Assembly: GCF_006345805.1 (NCBI RefSeq)
Contig: NC_043000.1
Location: 42,656,001-42,720,000, forward strand
Direction: 5' to 3'
Length of the DNA stretch: 64,000 bases
Source of the DNA: Octopus sinensis
Taxonomy: Eukaryota
Positions 39,100-51,624 of this stretch are shown here, piece by piece. Position numbers and translations under genes: made by a program. Position 1 is the first letter of the stretch; the number at the start of each line of letters is the position of its first letter. Below the pieces are notes generated by a model, which was not told the DNA's origin, did no database searches, and saw nothing but the letters and a program-made list of their open reading frames with translations.

Positions 39100-40620
39100 T
39101 ATGTAGAAATTTTGAGAATACACTGGTAGGGGAAGTTGATAGAGAGAAGAGAAAAGATAAGATTGTTAGAAGCAAGAAAAATGATATTGGTCAAAAAGAT
39201 TAGAGAAGGAAAAAAAAAGTGTGATAGATGCCGGTTCAGATATTATGAGGGGTGGGGATGGGAGTGCTGTCAGTAGATACAAGGAATAGGGGAGGGATAG
39301 AAGGAAGAGATAAGAATGTAAGGAAGGAGCATGTGTGAGAGGTTGTCGGTAGGAGGATATGTTTGAAAAGGCACTAAGGTGGAGGGATAGAGAAAGAATG
39401 TGGTACAGAGGGTCTACTAAAAATGAACAGTAAACCTCGGGAAGGATGGGAAAGTGTTAAGAATTAAGGAGTGAATATGGAGATATAATGGTCCAGTTTC
39501 TAAAAGTAGACGCAGGCATTTATAAGAGGTCAGTGAGTGTATGAGCTAAAGCGATAGTAGAGACTAATAAATCAGTGAGAGAGAAAAAATGTGCATGCAG
39601 ATATACGCACAAGCGCACATAATTATGTGTGTATATATGCACTCCGATATAAGCCTTCTACAAACCCGTTGCAGAAGGTCTAACGTAATTCACAAATGTA
39701 CCGTCCTCAACACGCTACACAAACCCACACTCTGCACATCTCAATTCTTTTAGATATGAGAAACATAGTTAATCCATAACCCTCACCAATCACATGCATT
39801 ATCTTAAAAATAGGAATATTCCATATAACTTATCATGGTCCACAATAGATTCAGGTCTTCCATAATGGGATCAACGTTCAGCCCATAAGCTATGCTTGAA
39901 AGAGGCACTCCATATGCTAAAACATAATTATTCACTATTACTAAATAAGTATAATGTTACATACAAGTGGTGATTGTATGTACCATTATAAGGAATAGGT
40001 ACATACAACCACCCCTTTTTTCATACCCTCAAATTTTACCACAGATCTAAATGCAACCTAAATCACCGCACATTACATATACCAAATACCCCTAAGTAAC
40101 CTCGAACAACTTTATTTGACTTACTATATATATGTGAGTATGCGGGTCTATATGCGGGCCTATATGTGTGCGCGTGTGTGTATAACTGCATGCATATTTT
40201 TCTCTCTATCTTTTCTCTTCTCTCTATCTACTTTCTCCTACCAGTGCATTCTCAAAATTTCATTTACACTACAACATCCTTTTAAATGAACAGCACATGG
40301 AATTAATATCTGCATACTATCCATTTGAAATAACAAGTTATGAACGCCTATCGGAATTTACACACCATCTGCAAGGAGCCTCTTTACCCATTCTACAGAG
40401 CACATTCCTTGGATAATGGAACAGCAACTTTAACATCTAGCATGTATTTTTATTTTCTTATTTCTTTTTATACTTTCTGTATCCCCCTCTTTCCAAAATA
40501 ACTTATAATGAACTCTACTCATTCCTTCTATTGAAACTCTCTTAACTCGTTTCTGATGATGAGATATTATTTATTTCTCTGAAACAGGTGTAAGGCTACC
40601 TTTCCCTTTATAAATGTCCT
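39100..40620. mobile_element. Decayed Penelope-type pLTR family 1 sequences in inverted arrangement
   Basis: 39103-39160 is the reverse complement of 40208-40270, and 39575-39625 of 40160-40210. 40245-40300 resembles 5900-5960. Confidence 0.55.
40549..40596 (+). ncRNA. Degenerate hammerhead motif (family 1)
   Basis: gttt CTGATGA t gaga tattatttatt tctc t GAAAC aggt GTA aggc. Core intact, stems I and III decayed. Confidence 0.5.
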
Positions 40621-41514
40621 AGATTTATCATATTGCTTTGGCATTGTTATCCCATTTTACTTAACACACACAGACACACACACACACACACAGATTCACT
40701 GAATTGACAGGTTTACAGAAACATTCTCAGTCCACTTGGAGTAGAGAACTCAAAGCAAGAGTTCTGAAAGTCAAGACTTGTAATCCATAAACGTGGGCTT
40801 TAAATATATATTTTTTTGGCCTGAGGGATTCATGAAGGAATGAAGAACCTGGTCAGACGAAGTTGGTAACATATATAACTAAATAGACTGATATATATAT
40901 ATATATATTGGCAAAGGGGAATAGAAAGGAATAGAGGGAATCCATAATAGTGTATGCTGGTGCACAGTGCTACAGTGTGTACAGTGCTAAAACTAGTTGG
41001 ATATTTTTTGTTTCTATTGGTGATGGTGATGTATGAAAGGTGTGCACGGGACCATGAAATCGGAAACCCCACCCGATCGGTGTCCGATCACTGCAGTCCT
41101 ATGAAATTCTGTCAAGCAGATGCTATCATTCGTAAATCCAACTAACAGCTATGTCTATCATGACGATCAAGACGCCGTTTTTACTGGAGTGAAAAGCTGG
41201 TTAATCATGTTCTGCTTGGTGAAAAATTTGAAGTAAATTGTGTGACTGACGTGTGTGGATTGGTAGAATCGATAGAACATCGGAAAATTTGTTTTGCTAT
41301 ATATTTTCTGTCTCTTTACATACTAGGTTGAAACCCCATTACAGTCAACTTTACCATTCAAATTTATGGAATCGGTAAAATACAGTAGTAGTAAAGTAGT
41401 GATGTCAATGATATAGAATAACCCCCATCACTCAAAACTGCTCCCCTTGTGCCAAAATCTGAAATTTAAAACTGCTGTTTTAATTCTAATCTTTAGAATA
41501 TCGGAAAATATGAT

Positions 41515-42150
41515 GATGAACCAGAGCAGTGTTTGCTCCGGCTCATCAGGTTCTGAATAAAATACCTGCCAGGGACAACTTTGCTTTTCATCCTTTTAGG
41601 GTCGAGCAAATAATCTACCAATCAAACAAGGAGACAGAGCCAAGTCAACTGTATTGTCGTGGCTCTCTCCTCTGAAAATTGCTCACCTTGTGCTTAAATC
41701 AGAAACGATTATAAAACTAGTAGAAGGGGGCGAATGGGCAAGATCGTTAGCACGCCGAGCAGAATGCTTAGCGACATTTCGTTAGTCTTTACGTTCTGAG
41801 TGCAAATTCCACCAAGATCGACCTTACCTTTCATCCTTTCAGAATCGATAAAATGAGTGCCGGTCCACTACGAGGTCGATTTAATCGACTATCCCCTTCT
41901 CCAAATATTTTCAGGCCTCCTGCCTATAGTAGAGAGGATTATAAGGGTAGTGATTTGGCAGAATCGTTAGTGCATCGAACAGTTGTTGTGGTTCATACCG
42001 TTCTGAGATAAAACATTGCTGATATCATATTTATCTTTCATCCATCCAAAGTCGATAAATAAGAACATGTCAAAGCCGAAAATCAATCCTCTCGACTACA
42101 CTCACCTCTCAGAATTACTTGACTTGTGCCTAGATTAGAAACAATTATTA
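41515..42150 (+). mobile_element. Three head-to-tail decayed SINEs (41515-41713, 41725-41943, 41944-42150)
   Basis: Each has a TTTCATCC...GTCGA core and ends in ...GATTATA or CAATTATTA. Same family as 23463-23695. Confidence 0.75.
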
Positions 42151-42671
42151 TTTCAGTTATTTTCGTGTCGTTGCCATTTCCGTTGTTGTGGACAAACAAT
42201 AAAAAAGAAAAACAGATATATAGATTAAAAACAAATTACATAGAAATTGAAAGAAATCAGGAAAAATTGAACGTTTATAAATTTTTATAAAATTTTCATA
42301 AAGTTGTCTAGAAGCATTAAAATAATAATTCGAAATAAATATTTAGAAAACACAAAATAAAACAGCAAAACTTTGTTTAAAATATTCCTCAGTTTAAAAT
42401 ATGGTAGCGTTTTCTAATGTTTATTTTTTCCCCTTTTTCCTGTTTAAGATTTTTTGCATTTATTCATGTTTTAAACATCAATAACTTGTGAACTATTTAC
42501 AGAAGAAGAGCTTCCTTTTATGTCAAATATTTATTCTGTGTTATTTTATTCCATTTAGAGTAATTAATATTGTTTAACTGAGTTAGTTCCATGTCCGTAT
42601 TCACAAAATTGTACTGCTCTACTTTCGAATTAGCCCTAGAAACTGAGCTAATATATTATCATTTTTCATTA

Positions 42672-42888
42672 TGGCGGCAAGCTAGCAGAATAGTTACCAT
42701 ATCAGACAAAACACTTAGCAACATTTCGTCCGTCTTTACATTCTAAGTCCAAATTCCACCGACGTCGATGTTGACTTCATACCTCTGGGATTGATAAAAT
42801 AAATACTAGTTGAAGAGTGAGGTTAATTAAACGACTCACCCGCTCCACAGAAATTGCTGGCTTTGTGCCAAAATTTGAAACCAATATA
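42672..42888 (+). mobile_element. tRNA-derived SINE, decayed
   Basis: TGGCGGCAAGCTAGCAGAA head and AAGTCCAAATTCCACC B-box-like sequence. Confidence 0.75.
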
Positions 42889-42995
42889 TTACCTACATTA
42901 AATCAGTTTTCCCACAACGAATTAAACGAAATTAAAATTAATAAATGATATTTATAAAGAAGAAATATACTGAGTGCTTGCTTAAGTGATATGAG

Positions 42996-43077
<82 letters not shown>

Positions 43078-43204
43078 GTTTCTATTTCGGTGTTAAATTC
43101 ATGATAGCTTAAAATTACGTGCTTAACAATAAAAACACTTTGGACTTTAATTTGAACAATGAAGTGTTAAACTAAATAATAATGCATGTCTACATATGTA
43201 TGCG

Positions 43205-43239
<35 letters not shown>

Positions 43240-43716
43240 ATATCTATCTATCTATCTATCTTTTCTTCCTCTCATTGTACTCTCTCTCCCTCTCTCTCCC
43301 TCTCTCTCTACATATATCTATATATGAATACCTGCTAGTAATTAGCTAATAATTAACTGCTTAAAAATCATAAACGATTCGAAAATGTAAATCCTCACGA
43401 AAGAATTCTGGAAAATGTCTGAACACATTTTGAAAATTAAATTATATGCTTTTAAATAAAACGAGAGCACATTGAAGATATTAATATGTTATCATAACTA
43501 CTTAAATGTATTTCTTTATTCGTCTAAAGTTGCATAACTAAAAAAGTAATCACGTTTTGCATGACATAATATTAAACAGATGTTGCGATGTCTTCAAGCA
43601 AAGAATTATTTGCTGGATTTGTTATAAGAAATTTTTGTTTTAAATCTGCTGTTGTAAGATAAAATATTTTAAACTTTCAAGAATGTTGTTGATTTTCAAT
43701 TCCATGATCTTTATGC

Positions 43717-43756
<40 letters not shown>

Positions 43757-44618
43757 TATAGTCTGGTTTTGTATTTTCCTGTTTATATTTTCTATGCATT
43801 TTGTACATGATTATTTTCAAGTATTTGTCTTTCATTTTTCCTTAGATTTATTTCGTTGCAGTAATAATTTAAAACAATTTTTCTGTTTCCTATCAACAGC
43901 ATTTAAAGTCAAATTAATGAAACACTGCTTTGCTTTTGAGATTTTCAAAAATCAAATTGAAATAATCAAAATTCGTTTCAAATAACCTGTGTATGGTTAA
44001 ATTTTTTTTTAGAAAGTCTCTTCATAGTGTTTGTATTCTATCGTATTTTGCACGACTCAGAATGCATTAAGAATTTTAAGTTTTTTATTCTTTCATCGCA
44101 GCATGAATATAAACTTTTCCGTCGATTTCAACGAACAAATGTTCACGTTTTTCACCAAACAAAACTTTCGAATCAATAATTTAGAGTGCCAATGGCTGAA
44201 TATTCCGCAGACAATTGTATCCTTAAATTGATTCCAATACAGAATCGGTGTAATAGTTTAAGAGTCATGCATGAACATTCGAATTACTTGTACAATTAAT
44301 CTTGCGGTTTTCCATCAATCTAAAACTATATTTATTTCATTCGCAATGTTTATAGCAACGTCCACGTGTTTGTTTAGTCAATAACTATTCAGTATAATAT
44401 ACAATGGGATGACATACGGCGAATTGCAAATACAACTAATTTTGTAAACCACAAAGAAATAAACGAGCGTGAAATGAAACTGGGCGAACATTCACTAGTT
44501 AAAATATAATCCTATGGATATCGTAGTCTAATCATTACCACACAAGTGGAAGGAAGTCTATGCACTATATATCCTGGGTCATTGTTCTCCATCGGATAGA
44601 TTCGTATTGTCATTGAAT

Positions 44619-44748
<130 letters not shown>

Positions 44749-46074
44749 GTTTATCTATGCAAACGCACGCGCTCACAAACATACACACACACACATATAA
44801 ATGTCACTAAATGCGACTAGGGTGTTAGACAACATCTGCTTTGATAGAAATAAGAGTTAAAACGCTCTAATACAGTAGTTAAAGAACATGAATGAAAACA
44901 TATACAGTAACAGGAACCATAATCGTCCGAAAAGCGCCGATCTGTTTCTGCAATTTCCATCGCCTCATCATTTAAGCAAGCTCACCTTCGGCCCGTTCCG
45001 GACTCGCGTCGCCGTTAGTATTTATGTTTTCGTCAGCCAAATAATTAGATGATTTAGTGATTGGCCAATGAGTATATATATATGCAGTTTGCAATGTTTC
45101 ACCAAAAAGGAGAATTACAAAAGTCACTAAATGCGACTAGTGTGTTAGACAACACCTACATTGCTAGAAATAAGAGCTAATACTAACGAGTAAAAATCAA
45201 CCACCACATCAAAGTGGCCGATCCTGCTGGTAATATTATATATAAAGGGTGCAGCGTCGTACCGATAAGCAGCTAGCGGAAGGTATGCCTGGGGTTAAAC
45301 TGGTAGTAAACATGGAACAGCCACTTTGATGTGGCGTTGACTTTATTTGTTAGTATAGTTACTACTTTAATCACTTTTTGAGATTTCACAAGTATCTGTT
45401 TTGCTTGTTGCAAATCAGTGATCGATCGTCGCTTTGTGACCAGGTACTCGTGACTCAACGACCTTGAAACTGAGACCGTCTCCCGATCCTGTTATCTGCT
45501 AGAGGATGGTAGGGGAGTGTTTCCCTTGCTAGCAATATATATTGTATATAAAGGGCGCAGCGTCGCACCGATAACCAATTGGCGGAAGATCTGCTTTTGG
45601 GTAACTGAGATTAAACATGGATCAGCCGCTTTATAGTGGTGGTTGACTGTCCTTGATATATTCGAAGACGACGGGGCAGTCGGATTGAATTCCTTGCGGT
45701 ATTTACCGAATGGTTTTTAAATCCACAATTCAAATCGGAGAGTGTGTGTACGTGCGCGTGTTGTTGTTTGTGTGTATTAGGAAACCTGGCTGTAAAAGAA
45801 ATTTATGAATGTAAACACGGCTTCTATGCTTTCGTTATGCAAACATAGCAGGAGTAATAATTTGGCGGACCATTTCATAGTTTGTTAACCATTCTGCAGG
45901 CAATACCTAACCAGAACCCTTCACCAATCGAAAGTAAACAATACTCAGCTTCTATATAAAGTAATCATAACTCAGTAGATTACCCCCTCTTCTTCCGAAC
46001 GCAACATTGTGATTACACATTACATTCTTCAGTGAGGTAAATTTTCTGATATATATATATATACATGCAGTATA

Positions 46075-46264
46075 AAGTAATCCCTCGCCATATCGCGGTT
46101 CATCATCTAAGCTTACAGCGATTCCTCTGTGGGGTTGTTTTGCATATGTAATAAAATAAATATATATAAATTATAAAAATAATGAAAAAATAAGGTACAG
46201 AAGTGTTTTCACCTGTCGCGATAGGGTTCGGAACGTAACATCTGCGATAGTCGAGGGATTATTG
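46075..46264. mobile_element. Tigger/pogo-like MITE
   Basis: TIRs (A/C)AGTAATCCCTCG(CCA)TATCGC / GCGATAGTCGAGGGATTATTG, with TA at the left side. Confidence 0.7.
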
Positions 46265-46265
46265 C

Positions 46266-46387
<122 letters not shown>

Positions 46388-46564
46388 CAATGTTTATGTG
46401 CCAACAGAATGTGGTAGTCCGATAAAGAACTGTTGTTTTAGCCCGAGGAAAACATCTTTTCCAGCTGGCCATCGACGCACACTCTGTATCCGTATAATAT
46501 TTTCAAGGGAGGTCATCGCTCCCATCTCTGGACCTAGGTTTTCGGGTGGTTTCCCGTCCTCACT

Positions 46565-46596
<32 letters not shown>

Positions 46597-46616
46597 GTGT
46601 GTGTGTGTGTGTGTAT

Positions 46617-47046
46617 ACTAGTAGAGATACCCGGCGTTGCCCGTGTCCCATGGAATTGAAAAATTTCTTTTATATTTTCTCTAATGAACTGGAATACCTA
46701 TGATTTGAATTTCATCAAAATTGGAGATCAAGAATTTCAATGAGGGTACTTTCCCTCTTTATACACCCTAAAACATTCTAATCATGGTATATTTAACCCA
46801 TACTACTCATCTTTATGTCCAGATTCCAAAATCCGAATCTTATAAAAGCCATTCAAAGGTTTTTGCTTCTGAAAAACTGAGCGCATGGGGAACATTAAGC
46901 TCTAAAATGTGGGAGTTATTTAGGGGGTCTTAAAGGCAACTAGAGAAGTTGATTTGTATCATATCGTTTGTTCAAATTTCTTTGAAATCGGAAATATATG
47001 AATGTTCAGTAGGTTTGTATGAATGTTCACTGGGTTTACATAGTAG
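46617..47046 (+). mobile_element. Helitron/Helentron-like non-autonomous element
   Basis: Starts ACTAGTAGAGATACCCGGCGTTGCCCG, has internal AATTTCATCAAAATTGG and AAATTTCTTTGAAATCGG motifs and a short tandem repeat, and ends TAGTAG. Confidence 0.55.
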
Positions 47047-47379
47047 AGAGTGAGGTGGAGGAAAGAAAATAGATGTGAGATATGTAGGGATATTGAATTA
47101 GTAGATCCATTTTCTAGGCAGAATGGTATATATGTAAGATTCCAATACCTTATGGGAAAAATACTTAAGATTCCAATAACTTATGAGGTATTGAGAAAAA
47201 TAATTAACATTCCAATACCTTGTGAATTCACAAGGACCTCAAACCTACAAGAGTAAACAAGAGAGACACAGACAAGCAGAAACAAGGAAAATGCCACTTG
47301 TGTTTGAACACTATATAAAAATATTCTTTAAAAAAAAACTTTTCTTTTAATTTTTCTAAATTTAATTATTTAATTGTTA

Positions 47380-47415
47380 CAGTTGAAAAAGTCTCAATGA
47401 CTGAAACCGGTACTG
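47380..47415 (+). ncRNA. Degenerate minimal hammerhead (ACCGGT family; C3U, G8A)
   Basis: cag TTGAAAA agtc tcaat gact GAAA ccgg T A ctg. The downstream pLTR-like tail ends at (TA)n at ~47502. Confidence 0.55.
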
Positions 47416-47510
47416 AAATGTTTTTTATAAAATTATTTTAGCATTTTCTATCTTGACTTTTTTTTCCATATATATATCAACTCGTGTGTTCCTTTTCATC
47501 CTTATATATA

Positions 47511-47553
<43 letters not shown>

Positions 47554-48209
47554 AGTGTGTGTGTGTGTCTGTGTGAGTGTAAATATTTATACATATATCT
47601 ACCCTCACCAAACTCATAAACACACCTATATGTGCTTTTCCAAGCGAAGAAATTGTACTTAACACGTTATGTAAGTTGTTTTTATATGATTAGAAGTTGT
47701 AGTTTGTTAGTTTGTTGAATAGGAAGTTGAGTTCTACGCTACTGATTATACAAACGAATTTTTTCAATAATCTTTAACATTCACGTCTGAGATATGATTC
47801 AAGGTATTTCAGCTCTTGATTACCCACATATAAATCAATGAATATTCCCATCTGTATGGTCTAAGTGTTAAGACACAAACAATACTTGCCTCTACATACT
47901 TCAATCTGGAGTTGTAGCAGTAATGGCCGATAGTCTCCACCTCGTCCAATCCTTAGCCTGGTCTGGATCTTCGTCGGTTATGACGGCGTGTGTTCCAGCT
48001 GAATGGATCAACGGAACAGCCTGCTAGTGAAATTTATTTGCAAGGGGCTGCGCACTTTACTGAAATGCGAAACCTTCCCAGAGAGTCGTAGCGTGTATCT
48101 ACAGGGATGTACAGCGTGTTATACCGAATATGACAAGGCTAGCCTATTAAAGTACAGGTACTACTTACCTTTGCCAGCTTAGTGGACTGAACCAGCGTAA
48201 AATGAGATA

Positions 48210-48331
48210 CTAGGTTGAGGAAAAAGTTCGTGCGCCGTGTTACAAAAATGAACTGAATGAAAACACACGCCACAAAATTTTATTAAAAAGTATTATTTTA
48301 TCACACTGCACGAACTTTTTCCCCAAACTAA
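48210..48331. mobile_element. mariner-type MITE (122 bp) inserted in a SINE
   Basis: TIRs CTAGGTTGAGGAAAAAGTTCGTGC / GCACGAACTTTTTCCCCAAACTAA, TA on both sides. The SINE text ...AAATGAGATA|TCTTGCTC resumes after it. Confidence 0.85.
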
Positions 48332-51300
48332 TATCTTGCTCTCGAGGCGGTGCCCCAAAATGGTCGCAATCTAATGGCTGAAAGAAGTAAAAGATAAAAC
48401 GACAAAAGAGTCACTGGCAATCAAAATTATGATCTAATGATCGTAAACCGAATACCAAGTCCTTAGGCCACGCTTGATAGCATCACTCCATAGCTTCTTT
48501 GTTATCTCTGAGTTCACTTTTCGTCCACTCAGACCTCGAGGAACTATGTGAAAACTGCTTCAGGACCTTAATAATATGATAAAGCTGTTGTATTTTTCAT
48601 CACTTGACAATTGCAACCAGGTGTCGGTCTGCTTCGACAACCTCCAGGATTGGAGTGTTCTTTTCGGACGTCATCCAACTCGTGCACAATACTTACTCTC
48701 AGTCTCTTGATATCATCTATCTTAGTGTCTTGCTGCACAGTTTCTGGCCTTACTGCTCTTGGTATACACTGCGTCTTGCCTGACCAAAATTTTTGGAAGT
48801 CACATATATGTGTATTCGTGAGGGCGTGTTTGTGCCTGTATACATGTGTGTGAATCTGAGTGTATCTGTGTGTGTGAGTGAGTCTGTGAGTGTGCTTCTG
48901 AGTGAATCTGTGGGTGTTAAAATTTGGCTACGAAAGAATTTGAATTATGGCATCTATAGTACTTGACTAAACTATCACAATCAATAAATTTAAACAGCCT
49001 TATGTTCAATAAGTATGTTTCTAGAAATAGAGGTTTAATCTTTCCCCTTTAGCCTTGATCATACAAACCTATAATGACGAGCAACACACGTATCAGTATC
49101 CCACGTATTCACGAAGCGTAGTGAATCTTAAGTAATATTATACAGCCTAGATTTTTAAAGAATTAGGATGTGCTGTGAAAGTTATATAGCTGCTGTTTCT
49201 ACCTGCTCAAGTGATACTCAAGTTGCCTTCTTAGCTTGTGATATACCTACTACAAAAAAAGAAGCAAATATCAAAGGTACTGTCCGAGCCATAGGCTTGT
49301 AGGGCCGGTCTCTCGGACTCTGTGGTGTGAATATTCTCCCTGGACAGGACGTCAGTCCATCTCAGGATTACAAATTTGTGGACTGCACTAACGCGCGAAT
49401 AGAAGTATTTTATTCAAAGATACAACGCAGGAATCTAAACTAGCATCTTACATGATATAGATATATCTGTTCTGTTTCCAGAAATATTACAATTCTGTTA
49501 CGTGAATTAACACCCAAAGACTACATGAATAAATGCCAGATCACGTATTTGACTATTTGTGAGCATATCTTATCACCTATGTTTTGCTAATTGGCGATAT
49601 TGTCCTCCTGTAATCCTTCTTCTTCTCTTTTATCGATAATATCAGAGACAGGAGTGAAATTTTTCACGCTAATGTGTGAAGGTTAATAAAAATGTGCATT
49701 TATGGCTGGAAAATAATTGGCTTTCCAAGAGAACAAATGAAATAAATACTGATATGTAACGACCTTCTTGGAAATGTAAACCTTTTGTAATTGTGTTATG
49801 AAAGCATATTACAAAAGAAACCTGTCAGGGAGAAGTAACTTTACAAAGAGATGGACCATAAGATTTCTTGGAGAAATATAATACTAAGCCTTTAATTTTG
49901 TTTGCATGTACGATATCCATAATGCTCGAAATTTATTATTGTCAACGTAAAAATGTGTATCGGGGATCACACAGGAGTGAGTTATGCATTGGCAGATTAG
50001 CTATATAGCCAGTCAACTTGCGTTCCAAGGTTTTCTAACAGCCGTTTATGTTACAAGCTCAATTTCAGTAAAATTGAAATTGTCTTTGAAATTGCTCCGG
50101 GCTTTGATAAAACGAAGACGTATTCGTCAAATACTGGTTATGATCAAATGTTTCCTATCACTAAGACCACCTGAGTTCGCCGAAAAGTCAGCCAATCAGC
50201 CGTCTATGTGTGTTAGACTATAGGTAAACGAAAAGTGATGCTAATACATACGTAATGAGCTTCATAACGAATGCAAAAGTAAGCGAGTACTGAGATTCTT
50301 CTGTAAAATATATATCTGAAAATCGTAATGGCCAGAAATAATTTCAATACCTAAGAAAGTTAATTGGCATAAAGAAGTTAAATGGTATCGATCAATAATC
50401 GATACATATATATATATGTCTCTCTCTTTTATATGTATAAGCCAGGATCAGATCATTTTAATGCTTTAACAGCGAGAAGATGCATGTGAATTTGAAAGAG
50501 TGCTTGTTTTTATAGATCATATTGCAATACCTAAAGAGCACTGATTTGTGGTATGGTTCAACAGGAGGAATATGGTGACTTCTTAGGAGAAGGAAATATA
50601 GAATGGAGATACAAAAGTGAACTGTTTAACATATGAAGAAACTTAGAGTTGAAGGTCAGATACGTGGTGCAGTGTAAATAATTTCCAGTTGACTTGAGAT
50701 GCGCCGCATTTGTACTTAACTTCAAAATATCTTAGCTAGCTAGCATTGGACTTAAAGACTGTGATATGCGAACTACAGTGACACCGACTGAACACATATA
50801 TTTAGATCAGAAGTAGAAAAACCGAGGCGTTGAGAAAGTATCAAAATCCCAGCAACAAGTAAAAATAAAATATTCATAGTACTAGGATGATTTTGGCTGC
50901 ATCGTATGCAATGGGTTGAATGCGAAGATAACTCGCGAAACAGATATGGGCTAAATACACTGAATAACCTATGGTGTCAAAATTCCTGAAAAGTACCGGT
51001 AGATCAAGCAATATCTTGAGTATGAGATCCAGTTGAGAGCCGATGATGGGAATGCGTGCAGAAGAAATTACATATAGACTATTATATAGTGTATAGCGTA
51101 TGTACAATTCTAGGATCATTGCTCAGTAATTCACTATTGTCGGATAAATTGCTTTAAGAAATGATTACTCTCTTTATTTGTCAGAAAGTTTTCGCTGTTC
51201 TCAGAATTTGTCAATAGGATTAAAACTCCATCCCCAACATTCAACAATGGATGCTAAGTAGAGTGAAAAATTTCATATCATTCAAAACCCAACTCGCATA

Positions 51301-51498
51301 TTTAAAATGAATAAACTAATTTCTGCCTAACGATACATGAACACCTTGTTAATTCCACATAAATCAGTTTCCTGCTTTATAATGAAATATCCATTGATAT
51401 CGGGGATACATATTTATATATGTATGTATATATGTATGCATGTATGTATGTGACTGATACACAGTCACGCTCTTTCTCCACTCTCTATCTATCTATCT

Positions 51499-51570
<72 letters not shown>

Positions 51571-51580
51571 TATCTATCTA

Positions 51581-51624
<44 letters not shown>

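Noticed and set aside
41517-41555. CTGATGA on the minus strand followed by a short stem
   Set aside because: It lacks G12 of GAAA, stem I does not register, and it lies within a decayed SINE.
48600-48790. Possible RTE 3' remnant on the minus strand
   Set aside because: Similarity is too degraded to support a call without a search.
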